The notes under the pieces were generated by a model that was given only the letters and a program-made list of their open reading frames with translations, was not told the DNA's origin and searched no databases. Below, in pieces: positions 34,257 to 43,363 of a DNA stretch of 58,140 nucleotides. This DNA comes from an uncultured Verrucomicrobiales bacterium (lineage in GTDB: Bacteria; Verrucomicrobiota; Verrucomicrobiia; Limisphaerales; JACDHS01). Where the stretch lies: positions 1 to 58,140 of the forward strand of contig CALJZV010000083.1 in NCBI GenBank assembly GCA_937983475.1, in the 5' to 3' direction. Positions within the stretch are counted from its first letter, which is position 1, and each line of letters starts with the position of its first letter. A program made the translations under genes and the position numbers.

Positions 34257-34697
34257 TTAGTTGCTGTCCTTGATCTTCTGCTTGTTGCTCTTGCCCTTGG
34301 GCTTGATGGGACTCAGCGGACGCGGTGCCTTGGTGATGTCTACTTTTCCATCCAACACGGGCGGCGCGTCGGGGTCCTTTTCTTCCGGGGCGGGCGGCGG
34401 CGTGGCGACGGGGTCTGCCGGGGGAGCCTCACTCTTAGAGGGTTCCTCTTCTTCCTGCTTGGGCTTGGGAGCCTCTTCCTCTTCTTCCGGTGCGGGGAAG
34501 CCGTCCACCGGCTCAGCTTTCCAACCCGATTGGCTCTGTGCGTAGCGAACCTGCTCCGGGTCTTTTGTGTAAGCTACGTTGTTCTCAAACTCGAGCCCGC
34601 TGTGGCGGTCCTTGCCGTGCAGTAGTTTGCCTTCCCGCTGTTCTGGCAGCGTGATCTTAAAAACTTGGTCCTTGTCTATTGTGGCAGCAGCAGTCAT
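34257..34697 (-). CDS. Hypothetical protein with a Pro/Glu-rich C-terminal half
   Basis: Start at MTAAAT, after GGAGAATGAA. The track start is 34775. Confidence 0.45.
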   Translation of the reverse strand: MTAAATIDKDQVFKITLPEQREGKLLHGKDRHSGLEFENNVAYTKDPEQVRYAQSQSGWKAEPVDGFPAPEEEEEAPKPKQEEEEPSKSEAPPADPVATPPPAPEEKDPDAPPVLDGKVDITKAPRPLSPIKPKGKSNKQKIKDSN

Positions 34698-34794
34698 TTC
34701 ATTCTCCGTTTCTATCTTTCTTTGTTTGGTTAAACGGGGCGGCCTATGGTGGGGCCGCCCCGTAGGGTCGTCCATCAGCGCGAGCTTCTAGTTA

Positions 34795-35283
34795 TTAGAA
34801 GTCGTGCCGGGCAACGAACGCCGTGAACTGGAGGCTCGGCGTGGTGCCGAAAACCAGAACCCCGAGCGTGAGCTTGGGCCAGACTTTTTCCTGCGCATCG
34901 TTGCTGAAGTGCAGTTCGAAGATACCGGGCACCGCGTCCTCGCTGGCGGGCGAAATCTCGTTCGCCCCGAGGATAAGGCTGCCAAGCACAACCGACTCAT
35001 CTTCTGCGTCGTTGTGCCCCATGAGGACGAAGGTATATTCCTCGTCATCATCTGCGATATCAAGGTCGGTGATATTAAGAATCACCTTACCCGTGAACCG
35101 GCCATTGCCCAGATCCAGTGGGACGACGCTCGGGTTAACGAACGGCCCCTCCCACGCAAAGGTCTGGCGATCGGCCGATGCCGCCGTGATGGCCGCAAAG
35201 CTATCATCACGGATTTCCAGTTCCTTATCGAACATCTTCGATTTATAAGGACTGGTGATTACATCCTGAGGAACCTCAGCCAT
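34795..35283 (-). CDS. Hypothetical head-associated protein, possible decoration protein
   Basis: Lies immediately downstream of the major capsid gene. Confidence 0.35.
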   Translation of the reverse strand: MAEVPQDVITSPYKSKMFDKELEIRDDSFAAITAASADRQTFAWEGPFVNPSVVPLDLGNGRFTGKVILNITDLDIADDDEEYTFVLMGHNDAEDESVVLGSLILGANEISPASEDAVPGIFELHFSNDAQEKVWPKLTLGVLVFGTTPSLQFTAFVARHDF

Positions 35284-35356
35284 TGTTCTTTTTCTCCTTC
35301 CACAAAGTTTCTACAAAAAGCGCAACGAAGGCCGCGCCACGCCAAGCCGCAATGGC

Positions 35357-36295
35357 TTAGCTGTTGTTGATGCCTCGCAAGCGGGCGACGCCGCGCTTGT
35401 TGAAGACTGCCGGGCTGAGCATCCACTCAACACGGGTGCGGAACGCGGGCTTGGTCTGGAGCTCACCGAGATCGGTGACCTCAAGGCCGGGCGCGGCTTC
35501 AAGGATGGCCGAATACTCGTCCACTCCAAAGCGCACCGCGTAAATGGAAGTCGTGGTGAGTGCCTGATCGCCGGGGGCAGGCTCGGTGAACGGAAGAATC
35601 TCCGCACCGGTCTCATCGTCCTCGATCACGCCGATGGGCCACCCTGCATAAGCCATGAACTGCTGGCCGAAAGACGTGCCAACCAGCTCACGCGCCTGAC
35701 CCGCCGCCCGCATAAGGGCGTTGATCTTGCGCCGCATGGTCTTGTTGCAGAAGATGATCGTATCGGCAGGGGAACCGAGGTCGATCGCATCAAGTAGCTC
35801 ATCCAGTTTGTCAAGCGTAAGCGGATCGCCGCCCGCGCCCGCGCCCTGATCAATGAGCTGGGTTCCCGTGCAGCGGCGTTCCATGCCGTCGAAGGCGCGG
35901 TTGTCGCTGGTGGAATCCCCCTTGAAGAAGTTCCGCGTAATGAACCCGGCAAAAGACTTGACCTTCATCGCGTCATAAATGGCGCGGAGGCCGCCGATGC
36001 TGTCGTTCGGACGGGACTTCTCAAGGGCTTTATCCGTATCGCTGTCGCCGCCAGCAATTGCCAACGACTCAACCTGCGGATTGATCACCCCGGTGGACTC
36101 GGTATAGCCTTCGTTGATACCACGAAAGCTGATGCCCGGCATCTCACCTTCCAGATTATACCGATACGCGTTGCCCGCAATTGTTTGAAACTGCGCGAAC
36201 TCCATAACGGCTGAACTTCGGCCGAAAACTTCGATCACTCCCGAGCGTAGCGGGTTGCGTTCGGTTTTGGCGGCCTCTGCGAGAGTCAATGCCAT
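35357..36295 (-). CDS. Major capsid protein (HK97 fold)
   Basis: Position after the scaffold gene, strong AAGGAGGG RBS, and C-terminal SIYAVRFGVDEY...RTRVEW pattern. Confidence 0.8.
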   Translation of the reverse strand: MALTLAEAAKTERNPLRSGVIEVFGRSSAVMEFAQFQTIAGNAYRYNLEGEMPGISFRGINEGYTESTGVINPQVESLAIAGGDSDTDKALEKSRPNDSIGGLRAIYDAMKVKSFAGFITRNFFKGDSTSDNRAFDGMERRCTGTQLIDQGAGAGGDPLTLDKLDELLDAIDLGSPADTIIFCNKTMRRKINALMRAAGQARELVGTSFGQQFMAYAGWPIGVIEDDETGAEILPFTEPAPGDQALTTTSIYAVRFGVDEYSAILEAAPGLEVTDLGELQTKPAFRTRVEWMLSPAVFNKRGVARLRGINNS

Positions 36296-36468
36296 TTTGT
36301 AAACCCTCCTTTAATAAGATTGACTTGCTCTCTCAAGCAGTTTACCCGGTCACTTATCTTATTATGCGAGAGGATCCGTAGCCTCGCAGGGGCCGCCGTA
36401 TATTTAACGAGCGCGTCGTAACGCTCGGGGTTATGTGATCCCGCCCTGTTGGGCGACTAGGTTAGTCC

Positions 36469-37236
36469 TTAGGTTCCGCTCCCGTAGCCTGCTGCCATCC
36501 GTGTGCGAGCGTTTGTTCCATCCTCAAAATCCTGATTGGTCTTACCGGGTTCGCCGCCGTGATGCGTGCCGCTGCCCCGTGGTTCCTTAGAGCGTAGCAG
36601 GTAGGGCTTGTCGGTGGCAAGAACAGAAATTGCCTTGTCTGCCCCCACAACGCGCTCCACCGGATCCTCGCCTTCCTTTTCCACCACGTTCACGCGGAAC
36701 TTGAGGGACAATTCGCCAGTCTTTTTGCCCTCCTCATCGGTATCCTCTTCCCAGAAGGAATTGGGCTTGAGGTAGGCAACAGCGTCACCGGGGTCCTTGA
36801 AGCCCGCCCCCACGGCCAGCGCGGTCAGGGTGTTCTTGAACCGCTCCTGCTTATACATATTGAGACGGTTATCGGCAAGCTCCTGATACTTCTTGGTCTC
36901 AATTTCCTGCTCGCTGCGGGCTTCGGTGGCGCGCTTGGCGGCAATCTCCTCGGAGGAAAGAACTTGGTTCTCCAGCTTGGTGATTTCGGCCCGCAGGTTT
37001 TCGGCGTCTTCCTTGGACGTCGTGTTGGCCAGCTGTTGCTCGTGCTTCTTGATCAGCTCTTCAATGGCCTTCTTGTGGGCATCCTTTTCACGGCCCAGCC
37101 GCTTATTCAGCTGGTCCTCAAAAACTTTTTGCGTCATTACGCCTTCAACTTTGATCTCATTGCCGCTGGCGTCCTTAACGCGCTCGCCTGTAACGTCGTC
37201 CAGGAGGTAGCCTTGGCTGTCTGTCGTGTATGCCAT
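36469..37236 (-). CDS. Scaffolding protein
   Basis: Charged coiled-coil sequence between the portal and capsid genes. Confidence 0.65.
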   Translation of the reverse strand: MAYTTDSQGYLLDDVTGERVKDASGNEIKVEGVMTQKVFEDQLNKRLGREKDAHKKAIEELIKKHEQQLANTTSKEDAENLRAEITKLENQVLSSEEIAAKRATEARSEQEIETKKYQELADNRLNMYKQERFKNTLTALAVGAGFKDPGDAVAYLKPNSFWEEDTDEEGKKTGELSLKFRVNVVEKEGEDPVERVVGADKAISVLATDKPYLLRSKEPRGSGTHHGGEPGKTNQDFEDGTNARTRMAAGYGSGT

Positions 37237-37289
37237 TTTTCTGCCTTTCTAATCCGGCCGTTTACCGTGGCCGTCGCCGTAGTTTCAAA

Positions 37290-38888
37290 TTAGGTGGTTG
37301 CGGCTGGGGTGCCTTGCGGCCCACCGGCTGCATCATCGTCGTCATCGTCATCGTCGTCATCATCGTCATCACCTTCATCCGGCGGTGTTGCGGGCGGCGC
37401 GTTAAAGCCGGGCAACGCCGTGCGGCTCACATCATTATCAATCCTCCTTATTTCCTCGTCTAGGTCTAACTCGGGATCCAATATCTCGCTGGACTGTAAG
37501 GTGGCCAAGAACGTTTCCACACTTAGCAGGCCTTTCTCAGTCATGGTGATAAACTTGTCCACCATGGCGACCTCTATGAGCTTGTCGCTGAAGTCCTTTT
37601 GGTAAGTAACCGTCCCGGCCCAATCGCTGATCTCTTCCCACAGGGCAAAAATTTCCCACGCCTGCTGCTCACTCATCTCCGCATAACAGGCCACAGCCAT
37701 CATAGAAGTGTGGAAGAGCTTCGACTCCTGCTTAAGACTGGCCTCACTCTGGACTTGGCGCGTATCGGACTTCATGGACTGCAACTGCGTCTCAAAGATA
37801 CGCTTAATCAGGTCCCGCTCACTTTGCCGTCCCTGTTCAATGCCCGCGCCCTGATATTCAAGATAACTGACGGATGGAGCCGGGCCGTCTTTACGAACGG
37901 GCAAATACAGGCCGTTCTCACTGGTGACCTCTACCTTCTCAGGGTTAGACTCGGCGATGATAACAGGGATGGGCGTGTTGGTCTTGAATTCGGCGGTGTC
38001 ACGATCGCTCTCTTTGTTATAAACGGCGATGCACTTGCCGACGATGTCCTTGGTCACGGGCCAGCCTAAGAAGTTCCTTTCCCGTATGCCGTAAAACGGC
38101 GTGATGGGAACCACGCCCAGCCCGTGCGTCCCACGCTTGGTCTCAACCCAGCTGCCCTCGCTGGGGGCAACGATGTCCACATCCACTTCGCACTCGTCTT
38201 CGCGGTGGGTGTTGGTAAGCTGATTGATCTGCGATTCGCCGTGGCCCTTGCCGTCAGGCTCATAGATGATCCACTCTTGGCGCGTCCAAACTACGCGCTG
38301 CGGGATACATTGGGCCGTCTCACCGGGGCCGGGCTTATTTTGCCGGTTCTGGGCAACCACCACCCAGTCCAACTTCCTGTCTCCGTCTACATCCCAGTCA
38401 AACACATGCTCACCGGAGATGGCTCGCATATAGGGGCGCAGGCCCAGCTCAAAGTCGTCTTGTCTTGTCAGCTCGCTCGCTTCCACGTCATCGGGCGGCG
38501 CAACCTTGTCCACCAGCACCCAATGGAGGCCCTCCACCATGGCCCGCTCCGTCACAGTCATAAAGAACACGTCAGCCGAAGTGCCGAAGCCGTCAACGTC
38601 GTCAATGAACTTCTCGAGATCACCGAATTCCTCACGGGTGGGCGACTTGGCCCAAAGCAACGCTTGCCGGGCAGCAATGCTCGGCGACATCCAGTTGTCA
38701 TAATGCGCCCGCTTGAGGCGGCGTTCGTAAGACTCTTTTGTTTCTGCCTTGTTGGGGAAGAGGTAGCGGTCTGCGCGCTTCTTGACCAGATACTCCCCCT
38801 CGTAGAGTTCGCTGGCCCTGACCCGTGTGTCATGCACCTTTTTCCAATCCGTGTGCTTCTGGTTGAGGTGCAAGGTTTCTGTGGCCAT
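37290..38888 (-). CDS. Portal protein with a C-terminal poly-Asp tail
   Basis: Size and position next to TerL. The C-terminus has 13 consecutive Asp residues. Confidence 0.75.
   Translation of the reverse strand: MATETLHLNQKHTDWKKVHDTRVRASELYEGEYLVKKRADRYLFPNKAETKESYERRLKRAHYDNWMSPSIAARQALLWAKSPTREEFGDLEKFIDDVDGFGTSADVFFMTVTERAMVEGLHWVLVDKVAPPDDVEASELTRQDDFELGLRPYMRAISGEHVFDWDVDGDRKLDWVVVAQNRQNKPGPGETAQCIPQRVVWTRQEWIIYEPDGKGHGESQINQLTNTHREDECEVDVDIVAPSEGSWVETKRGTHGLGVVPITPFYGIRERNFLGWPVTKDIVGKCIAVYNKESDRDTAEFKTNTPIPVIIAESNPEKVEVTSENGLYLPVRKDGPAPSVSYLEYQGAGIEQGRQSERDLIKRIFETQLQSMKSDTRQVQSEASLKQESKLFHTSMMAVACYAEMSEQQAWEIFALWEEISDWAGTVTYQKDFSDKLIEVAMVDKFITMTEKGLLSVETFLATLQSSEILDPELDLDEEIRRIDNDVSRTALPGFNAPPATPPDEGDDDDDDDDDDDDDAAGGPQGTPAATT
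37331..37369 (-). repeat. (GAY)13 trinucleotide run encoding poly-Asp
   Basis: The + strand shows a continuous atc/gtc run. Confidence 0.9.
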
Positions 38889-38927
38889 GGCTGCGGCTCC
38901 TTGGGGGATAACTGTAACAAAGCCCGC

Positions 38928-40643
38928 CTAGATGAAGGCCGGGCTAATTTCACGGAGGTCTATGGTCTTGACAATCTGCACGTTGACGGGGTTAGAGCCG
39001 ACGTCACAGCTGAGGGCAAGCGTATCGGCAAAGTCGGGCGAACGCTTCAGGCGTTCCTTGATCTTTTCTTTGCTCTCCATCTTAATTTTCCCGGAGCTGT
39101 GCGGCTCGATGCGGCAGACGGACATTTCTGAAAGGCGATTGAGATACTGTGGCGGGATGTAGAAGTCGCATCCCTTTTCGGGGTCCAACAGCTCACGCGT
39201 CTTCCAGTAACACTCGGCGCGGCGGTTGAAGAACTTCTTATGGTCGGCAGCCCTTTCCCCGAATCCAACGCCCTCCAGTCTCTTGACTCCTAGCTTCTTC
39301 AGCTCACCGGACGCGAAGTGCTCCATCAGGCGATCCACGACGCCACCGCCTACGCCCACGTCGTCCACAGAGATCACTGTAGGCTCAAACTGCTCAGCGA
39401 GCAACATAATTCTTCCGGCCGTCTGCATGGTGCTTGCCCCGCGAAAGGCCTCCATATACCACACTCCCTGATCATCCCGGAGCAGGAAAACCGTTAAATC
39501 GCCCGTCTCAGAGCGGGCCACGTCCACGGCCAGAACCGCCGTATCGCGGTTCATTTCGCTTGGCTCGGCGCGCTTGGTGGCTGCCACGATCCAACTGTAG
39601 GGCACAACGGCAAGGCTGTCGTGCTCGGGGAACACGCCTTCCACCCGGCTCTGCCAAGCGGGTGTTCCTTCACCCAATTCCTCGCGCATCAGGTCAATCC
39701 AGCGCGTGGTGACCATGCCGGGGAAGATCTCGCGCCCGCTGACGACGTTGGGATGCTCCCAGCACGGCACATGAATAGAATTCCACTCTGAGCTGAGCGT
39801 GGCCTTGTGAAAAGCCGACCCCGGTGTGTGCGGGTTGCCCGTCAACAAAAGTCTATCGTGCTCGCCCGTAGCGTTACCGAACATCGCTTGTAAGACTTCA
39901 GCCTCTATGCCATCAGCCTCATCGCCAACACCCAACACTCTACGATTATGGAAGCCCGCAAAATTGTTCTTATCCTTGGCCGCCACGGCCACCATTCGCC
40001 AGCGATCTGTGTGACGCGCCCCTTTTTTGCCCGGCAGCCACTCCACAGTCTTAGGCTCTGCCCCCAGAGGCAGCGCAGAGGTATAGAAGAGGTTCCTGAT
40101 TTCAGGCCACAGCACTTTTTCCAGTTCTCGCCAACCGCTGGACGTTGTGAACACCGTGCTCGGCATGTGGCCCATGAGAAACAGGATACTAATCGCCGAC
40201 ACGATCTTAGTCTTCCCCACGCCGTTCCCACTATGGGCCACGGTGAGATTGTGCCTCTGGACAGACTCTAAGATTTCGATCTGCTTGTGCCACGGCTTGA
40301 ATGGGACATGGCCGGGGTCGTTGACGCGCTCGCTGCCCCACAACTTGTCAATCCACTCTTGGCCGTTTTCCCAGATGTCCCGTTGGATGAGCTCTATCTT
40401 ATTGGGCGTGATGCGCTGCTTAAACTGGTCGGGACGCTCCTTCTCAACGTCTACCATGTTGGCCCGCATGGTTAGCGAGACTGCGCCATTGTGTTTGGAC
40501 TGAGCCTCTGGAGTATGCGCGGCGGCGCGCATCTTCTCACCATGCTCGCCAGCCATGCGGCCCTTGGCCGCCTTGGACAGCTTGCGCCGCTTGTTGAGCG
40601 ACACATCAGGGTCTTGGATTTTAGTTAGAGGCTTGAGGCCCAT
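38928..40643 (-). CDS. terL: Terminase large subunit
   Basis: Walker A SGNGVGKT, Walker B LGVGDEAD, and a C-terminal nuclease region. Start is uncertain (40643 or 40556); the track start is a TTG inside the upstream gene. Confidence 0.85.
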   Translation of the reverse strand: MGLKPLTKIQDPDVSLNKRRKLSKAAKGRMAGEHGEKMRAAAHTPEAQSKHNGAVSLTMRANMVDVEKERPDQFKQRITPNKIELIQRDIWENGQEWIDKLWGSERVNDPGHVPFKPWHKQIEILESVQRHNLTVAHSGNGVGKTKIVSAISILFLMGHMPSTVFTTSSGWRELEKVLWPEIRNLFYTSALPLGAEPKTVEWLPGKKGARHTDRWRMVAVAAKDKNNFAGFHNRRVLGVGDEADGIEAEVLQAMFGNATGEHDRLLLTGNPHTPGSAFHKATLSSEWNSIHVPCWEHPNVVSGREIFPGMVTTRWIDLMREELGEGTPAWQSRVEGVFPEHDSLAVVPYSWIVAATKRAEPSEMNRDTAVLAVDVARSETGDLTVFLLRDDQGVWYMEAFRGASTMQTAGRIMLLAEQFEPTVISVDDVGVGGGVVDRLMEHFASGELKKLGVKRLEGVGFGERAADHKKFFNRRAECYWKTRELLDPEKGCDFYIPPQYLNRLSEMSVCRIEPHSSGKIKMESKEKIKERLKRSPDFADTLALSCDVGSNPVNVQIVKTIDLREISPAFI

Positions 40644-40857
40644 CGTCGCCGCTGGTTTTCTCAGCGTTCTCCGCGTGCTTGGCCAATGTGCCAAAGAGGG
40701 CCGCTGTGCCTTCAAGACTGTCAACCTCAAGGGCGATCTCTTCAAGCGTAATGCGGAGCACTTCCTTGACTTGGGCGATGCTCAGTTGCTTCTCACCGCC
40801 CTCGCGCTTGCAAATGCGCTGAGCGAGAGCCTGTTCGTCAATGCAGGGAGTTTCCAT
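40621..40857 (-). CDS. Small hypothetical protein between TerS and TerL
   Basis: GGAAGGAAAGG RBS. Confidence 0.5.
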   Translation of the reverse strand: METPCIDEQALAQRICKREGGEKQLSIAQVKEVLRITLEEIALEVDSLEGTAALFGTLAKHAENAEKTSGDDGPQASN

Positions 40858-40860
40858 GAT

Positions 40861-41199
40861 CTAAGCCTTTCCTTCCATACCTAATTGGATCAATTCTGCG
40901 AGAGAGTTCGGGACTTGGCCTCCTATATTCATCTGCTGGAGCGGCTTGCCCTCTATTCTGTCCCAGATAAAATTGATGGCCCACTTATCGCCTTCCTCGG
41001 TCGCCATGGTTACAACACGGTCGACGATGGCGCACTTAGCTGGGACCGTTTCTCCTTTATACTCAACGTCCTGATCCATGCGCATCTTGAGCAACTTGGT
41101 CAGGGGGAGTTCGGCGGCCTCCACGGTATCTTGGCCCTCGGCTTTGCGGGGCGTCTTGGCGCGGGGGCGGCCTGCGGCTGATTTCTTTTTAGGTGCCAT
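40861..41199 (-). CDS. terS: Terminase small subunit candidate
   Basis: Basic N-terminus KKKSAAGRPRAKTPRK, then WDRIEGKPLQQ. First gene of the leftward operon. Confidence 0.5.
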   Translation of the reverse strand: MAPKKKSAAGRPRAKTPRKAEGQDTVEAAELPLTKLLKMRMDQDVEYKGETVPAKCAIVDRVVTMATEEGDKWAINFIWDRIEGKPLQQMNIGGQVPNSLAELIQLGMEGKA

Positions 41200-41455
41200 A
41201 AGAGTTCTTATTCCTATCCTACAGAGAACAGGAATAACACAGCCCCGCCAAGCGCGGCAAGCAAAAAGACCCCCGGCGCGCCGCCCGGCCCGTAGTAGGC
41301 CCGGCCCAACGGCCTGTCAGCACGGCCCCGGCAACAGGGATGCCGCGTAAACCCAATAAACCCGTGACAGACGCGTCTAATTCTAAAGACGTAGATCGTT
41401 GTCACCACTTCGCTTACGCCCCGATTTTTTGTCCCTTTATAAGGAGATATTTTCA

Positions 41456-41473
41456 CTCATATATGAGAGTCAA
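41456..41473 (-). promoter_or_regulatory. Perfect 12-bp palindrome CTCATATATGAG abutting a leftward TTGACT -35 element (candidate operator/promoter)
   Basis: The reverse strand reads TTGACT-CTCATATATGAG-tgaaaa-TATCTC. Confidence 0.4.
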
Positions 41474-41493
41474 GCCCTGCGCGCGACGGATTA

Positions 41494-41730
41494 GACACTA
41501 CATCTACTACGTGAACTACTACAACGTAGATCCCTGCTCCTGTTACGTTTATCCATCAACCGTAGTAAGTGTAGTAAGTGTAGTAGAGCAGATAGCCACT
41601 GCTGAACCAATTTAGCCTATATAGAAAGCCCTACTACACCCACTACACCTACTACACAGCCCCTAATATAGTAATGAGTAGCCGGGGTGTAGTGCGCCCC
41701 CGTAGTGGTCCCCATGCGGCCCACTACAAA
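41494..41730. repeat. Iteron field of at least 10 TACTAC/GTAGTA-core repeats in both orientations
   Basis: cactacatctactacgtgaactactac; gtagtaagtgtagtaagtgtagtag; ctactacacccactacacctactacac; gtgtagtg, cgtagtgg, ccactac. Confidence 0.85.
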
Positions 41731-41792
41731 CCGCCCCAAAATGTGCCGTTTGGCACCTTGAAAACTTTTTTTGCAAAATGGCGAAATAATGC

Positions 41793-41821
41793 TTGCATGT
41801 AGCAAAAGGGGTCGCTAAAGT
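41793..41821 (+). promoter_or_regulatory. Candidate rightward sigma70-type promoter
   Basis: TTGCAT at 41793-41798, 17-nt spacer, TAAAGT at 41816-41821. Confidence 0.35.
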
Positions 41822-42159
41822 GCTCGCTTCGATGATGAGCAACCGGCACAGAACCAGTGTTTTCCTACAGGCCCAGCCCGCCGCGTGCGGTGCTGGTCTT
41901 CCGCCTGTTGGCGGCGCGCTGGTGGCCGGAGTGTCAGTCATCCTTTTTCGTAGTTGCACACAAAGGGGGATCCATTGTTGAGGCAGCCGATGCCCGCGTG
42001 GCGATGCGCTGGGGTTGGTTGGACTAAGCCGTTTTGGGATGTCCTCATCTGATTTTGGGTTAGTCAGCGTTTCACCCCTCTAGCTAAGCAACCTTAACCG
42101 ATTGCGCTGCGGCCGAGTTGCCACCCCAAACCAAAGCCGCGCCATCGGCTGTCGTAACA

Positions 42160-42705
42160 ATGGATCCCCCGGCGAGTGCTGCCGGTTTACATATAGAAAG
42201 TGAGAAAGGAGAGCGGTGTTCCCTGTGCTCTATACACCCAACCCCAAAAGTGATTGACGTAGAACATGCTGTAATCGTGGCCGCCGTTGTGTGGTTTGTG
42301 CTTGGCCTGCTGGCCGGGTTTGTGCTGTGCGCCGGGCTGCTAAAGGGCGGCACCGCCATGGCCGCCCGTGCTTTGGGCCGCGCCAAGGCTGCGCTGGAGG
42401 AGCTGAAGGCCATGCAGGCCGACGTTGCCCCGCAGACGGCCCGCATCAAGGTGCTTCGCGATGACCTACTGCGGCGCGAGGCCAAGTTCCTCGCTTCGGT
42501 AGCTTTGCTCCAGGAGGTCACCCGTGATGTGGTCAGCTGCCGCAAGCAGAACCAGCACCACCACGAAATCCTGTGTCAGGCCGTCGATGCCTTCCATAAG
42601 CACGTGGAACAGGGCGGTGCGCCCGCTGCCTTCGTGATCCCCGACCTGTTGTATGATAACCTTGCCAAATGGAACGAGGAGGACGAGCAAAATGACAAAG
42701 CCTAA
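42160..42705 (+). CDS. Single-pass membrane protein with a coiled-coil tail
   Basis: TM AVIVAAVVWFVLGLLAGFVLCAGLL. Start is uncertain because there is no clear RBS. Confidence 0.45.
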   Translation: MDPPASAAGLHIESEKGERCSLCSIHPTPKVIDVEHAVIVAAVVWFVLGLLAGFVLCAGLLKGGTAMAARALGRAKAALEELKAMQADVAPQTARIKVLRDDLLRREAKFLASVALLQEVTRDVVSCRKQNQHHHEILCQAVDAFHKHVEQGGAPAAFVIPDLLYDNLAKWNEEDEQNDKA

Positions 42706-43363
42706 CTTACCGCTACACCCTGAAAAAGTCCACTGTATGTTATTGACGAGCGTGCGTCACTTGGGTCAAGAGTATGCGCGCGGCACAGTGATGGAATATA
42801 TTGGCCCCGGTCAGTACGTGGAGAGTGACGTAGTGCTGCGACAGCCGCTTGGAGGCACCCTGTCCATTAGCCGAGAAAGGGTGGCTTTTGTGACAGTGCA
42901 GCTTCGAGACGACAAGGCTAAGACGGAGGAATTTGCCGCCGCTTTTGGTTTGCGCAAGATTGAGAATCCCCACATGGCTGAACTTGAGCGGGTGTTGGGC
43001 TTGCGTTTTCCCGAGCATTTGTGTGAGCTGATCCGCTACCATGTGGACCGCCCACCGGGGCAAGTCCAGTGGCATGATTTTCATACTCGCACTTGGGCGT
43101 GGAGGATTAATGGGGTGTGGAGCACGCCGCTGGACTTGTTGCCGCCCCATGTGCGGAGCAAGGCCTGCGCTGAGGACAGCAAAGCGTGGGAAACCTTCCG
43201 CGAGTCTTGGTTTGCTATCCCCAACGACCGCGAGACGGTCAACAGCGTGTTGGACCATATTTGGCCCCCGGCCCAGCCGGAAGAGAACCCCCAGCTTGCC
43301 AAGTTGGAGGAATTAACCCAAAACCTGATTGAAGTTGTGAAGGAAATAAAATGTCGATCCTAA
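42692..43363 (+). CDS. Hypothetical protein, weak SMI1/KNR4 (SUKH)-like resemblance
   Basis: GAGGAGGA RBS, then ATG 42692. Contains ELERVLGLRFPEHLCELI. Confidence 0.4.
   Translation: MTKPNLPLHPEKVHCMLLTSVRHLGQEYARGTVMEYIGPGQYVESDVVLRQPLGGTLSISRERVAFVTVQLRDDKAKTEEFAAAFGLRKIENPHMAELERVLGLRFPEHLCELIRYHVDRPPGQVQWHDFHTRTWAWRINGVWSTPLDLLPPHVRSKACAEDSKAWETFRESWFAIPNDRETVNSVLDHIWPPAQPEENPQLAKLEELTQNLIEVVKEIKCRS

Noticed and set aside
36296-36468. 173-nt hairpin-containing spacer between the scaffold and capsid genes, considered as a special element
   Set aside because: Short stems followed by a strong RBS are usual at this junction, where they tune capsid expression. Nothing in the sequence goes beyond that.
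41271-41287. CCGGCGCGCCGG palindrome followed on the reverse strand by a T-run, considered as a terminator
   Set aside because: The palindrome has no loop, and no complementary arm exists for GGGGGTC. It also lies upstream of the operon start rather than downstream.
41340-41615. 91-aa ORF (with 41617..41805 and 41663..41959 on the other strand) in the control region
   Set aside because: These ORFs run through the iteron arrays. They have no RBS, and their Tyr/Val-rich translations are produced by the TACTAC repeats themselves.
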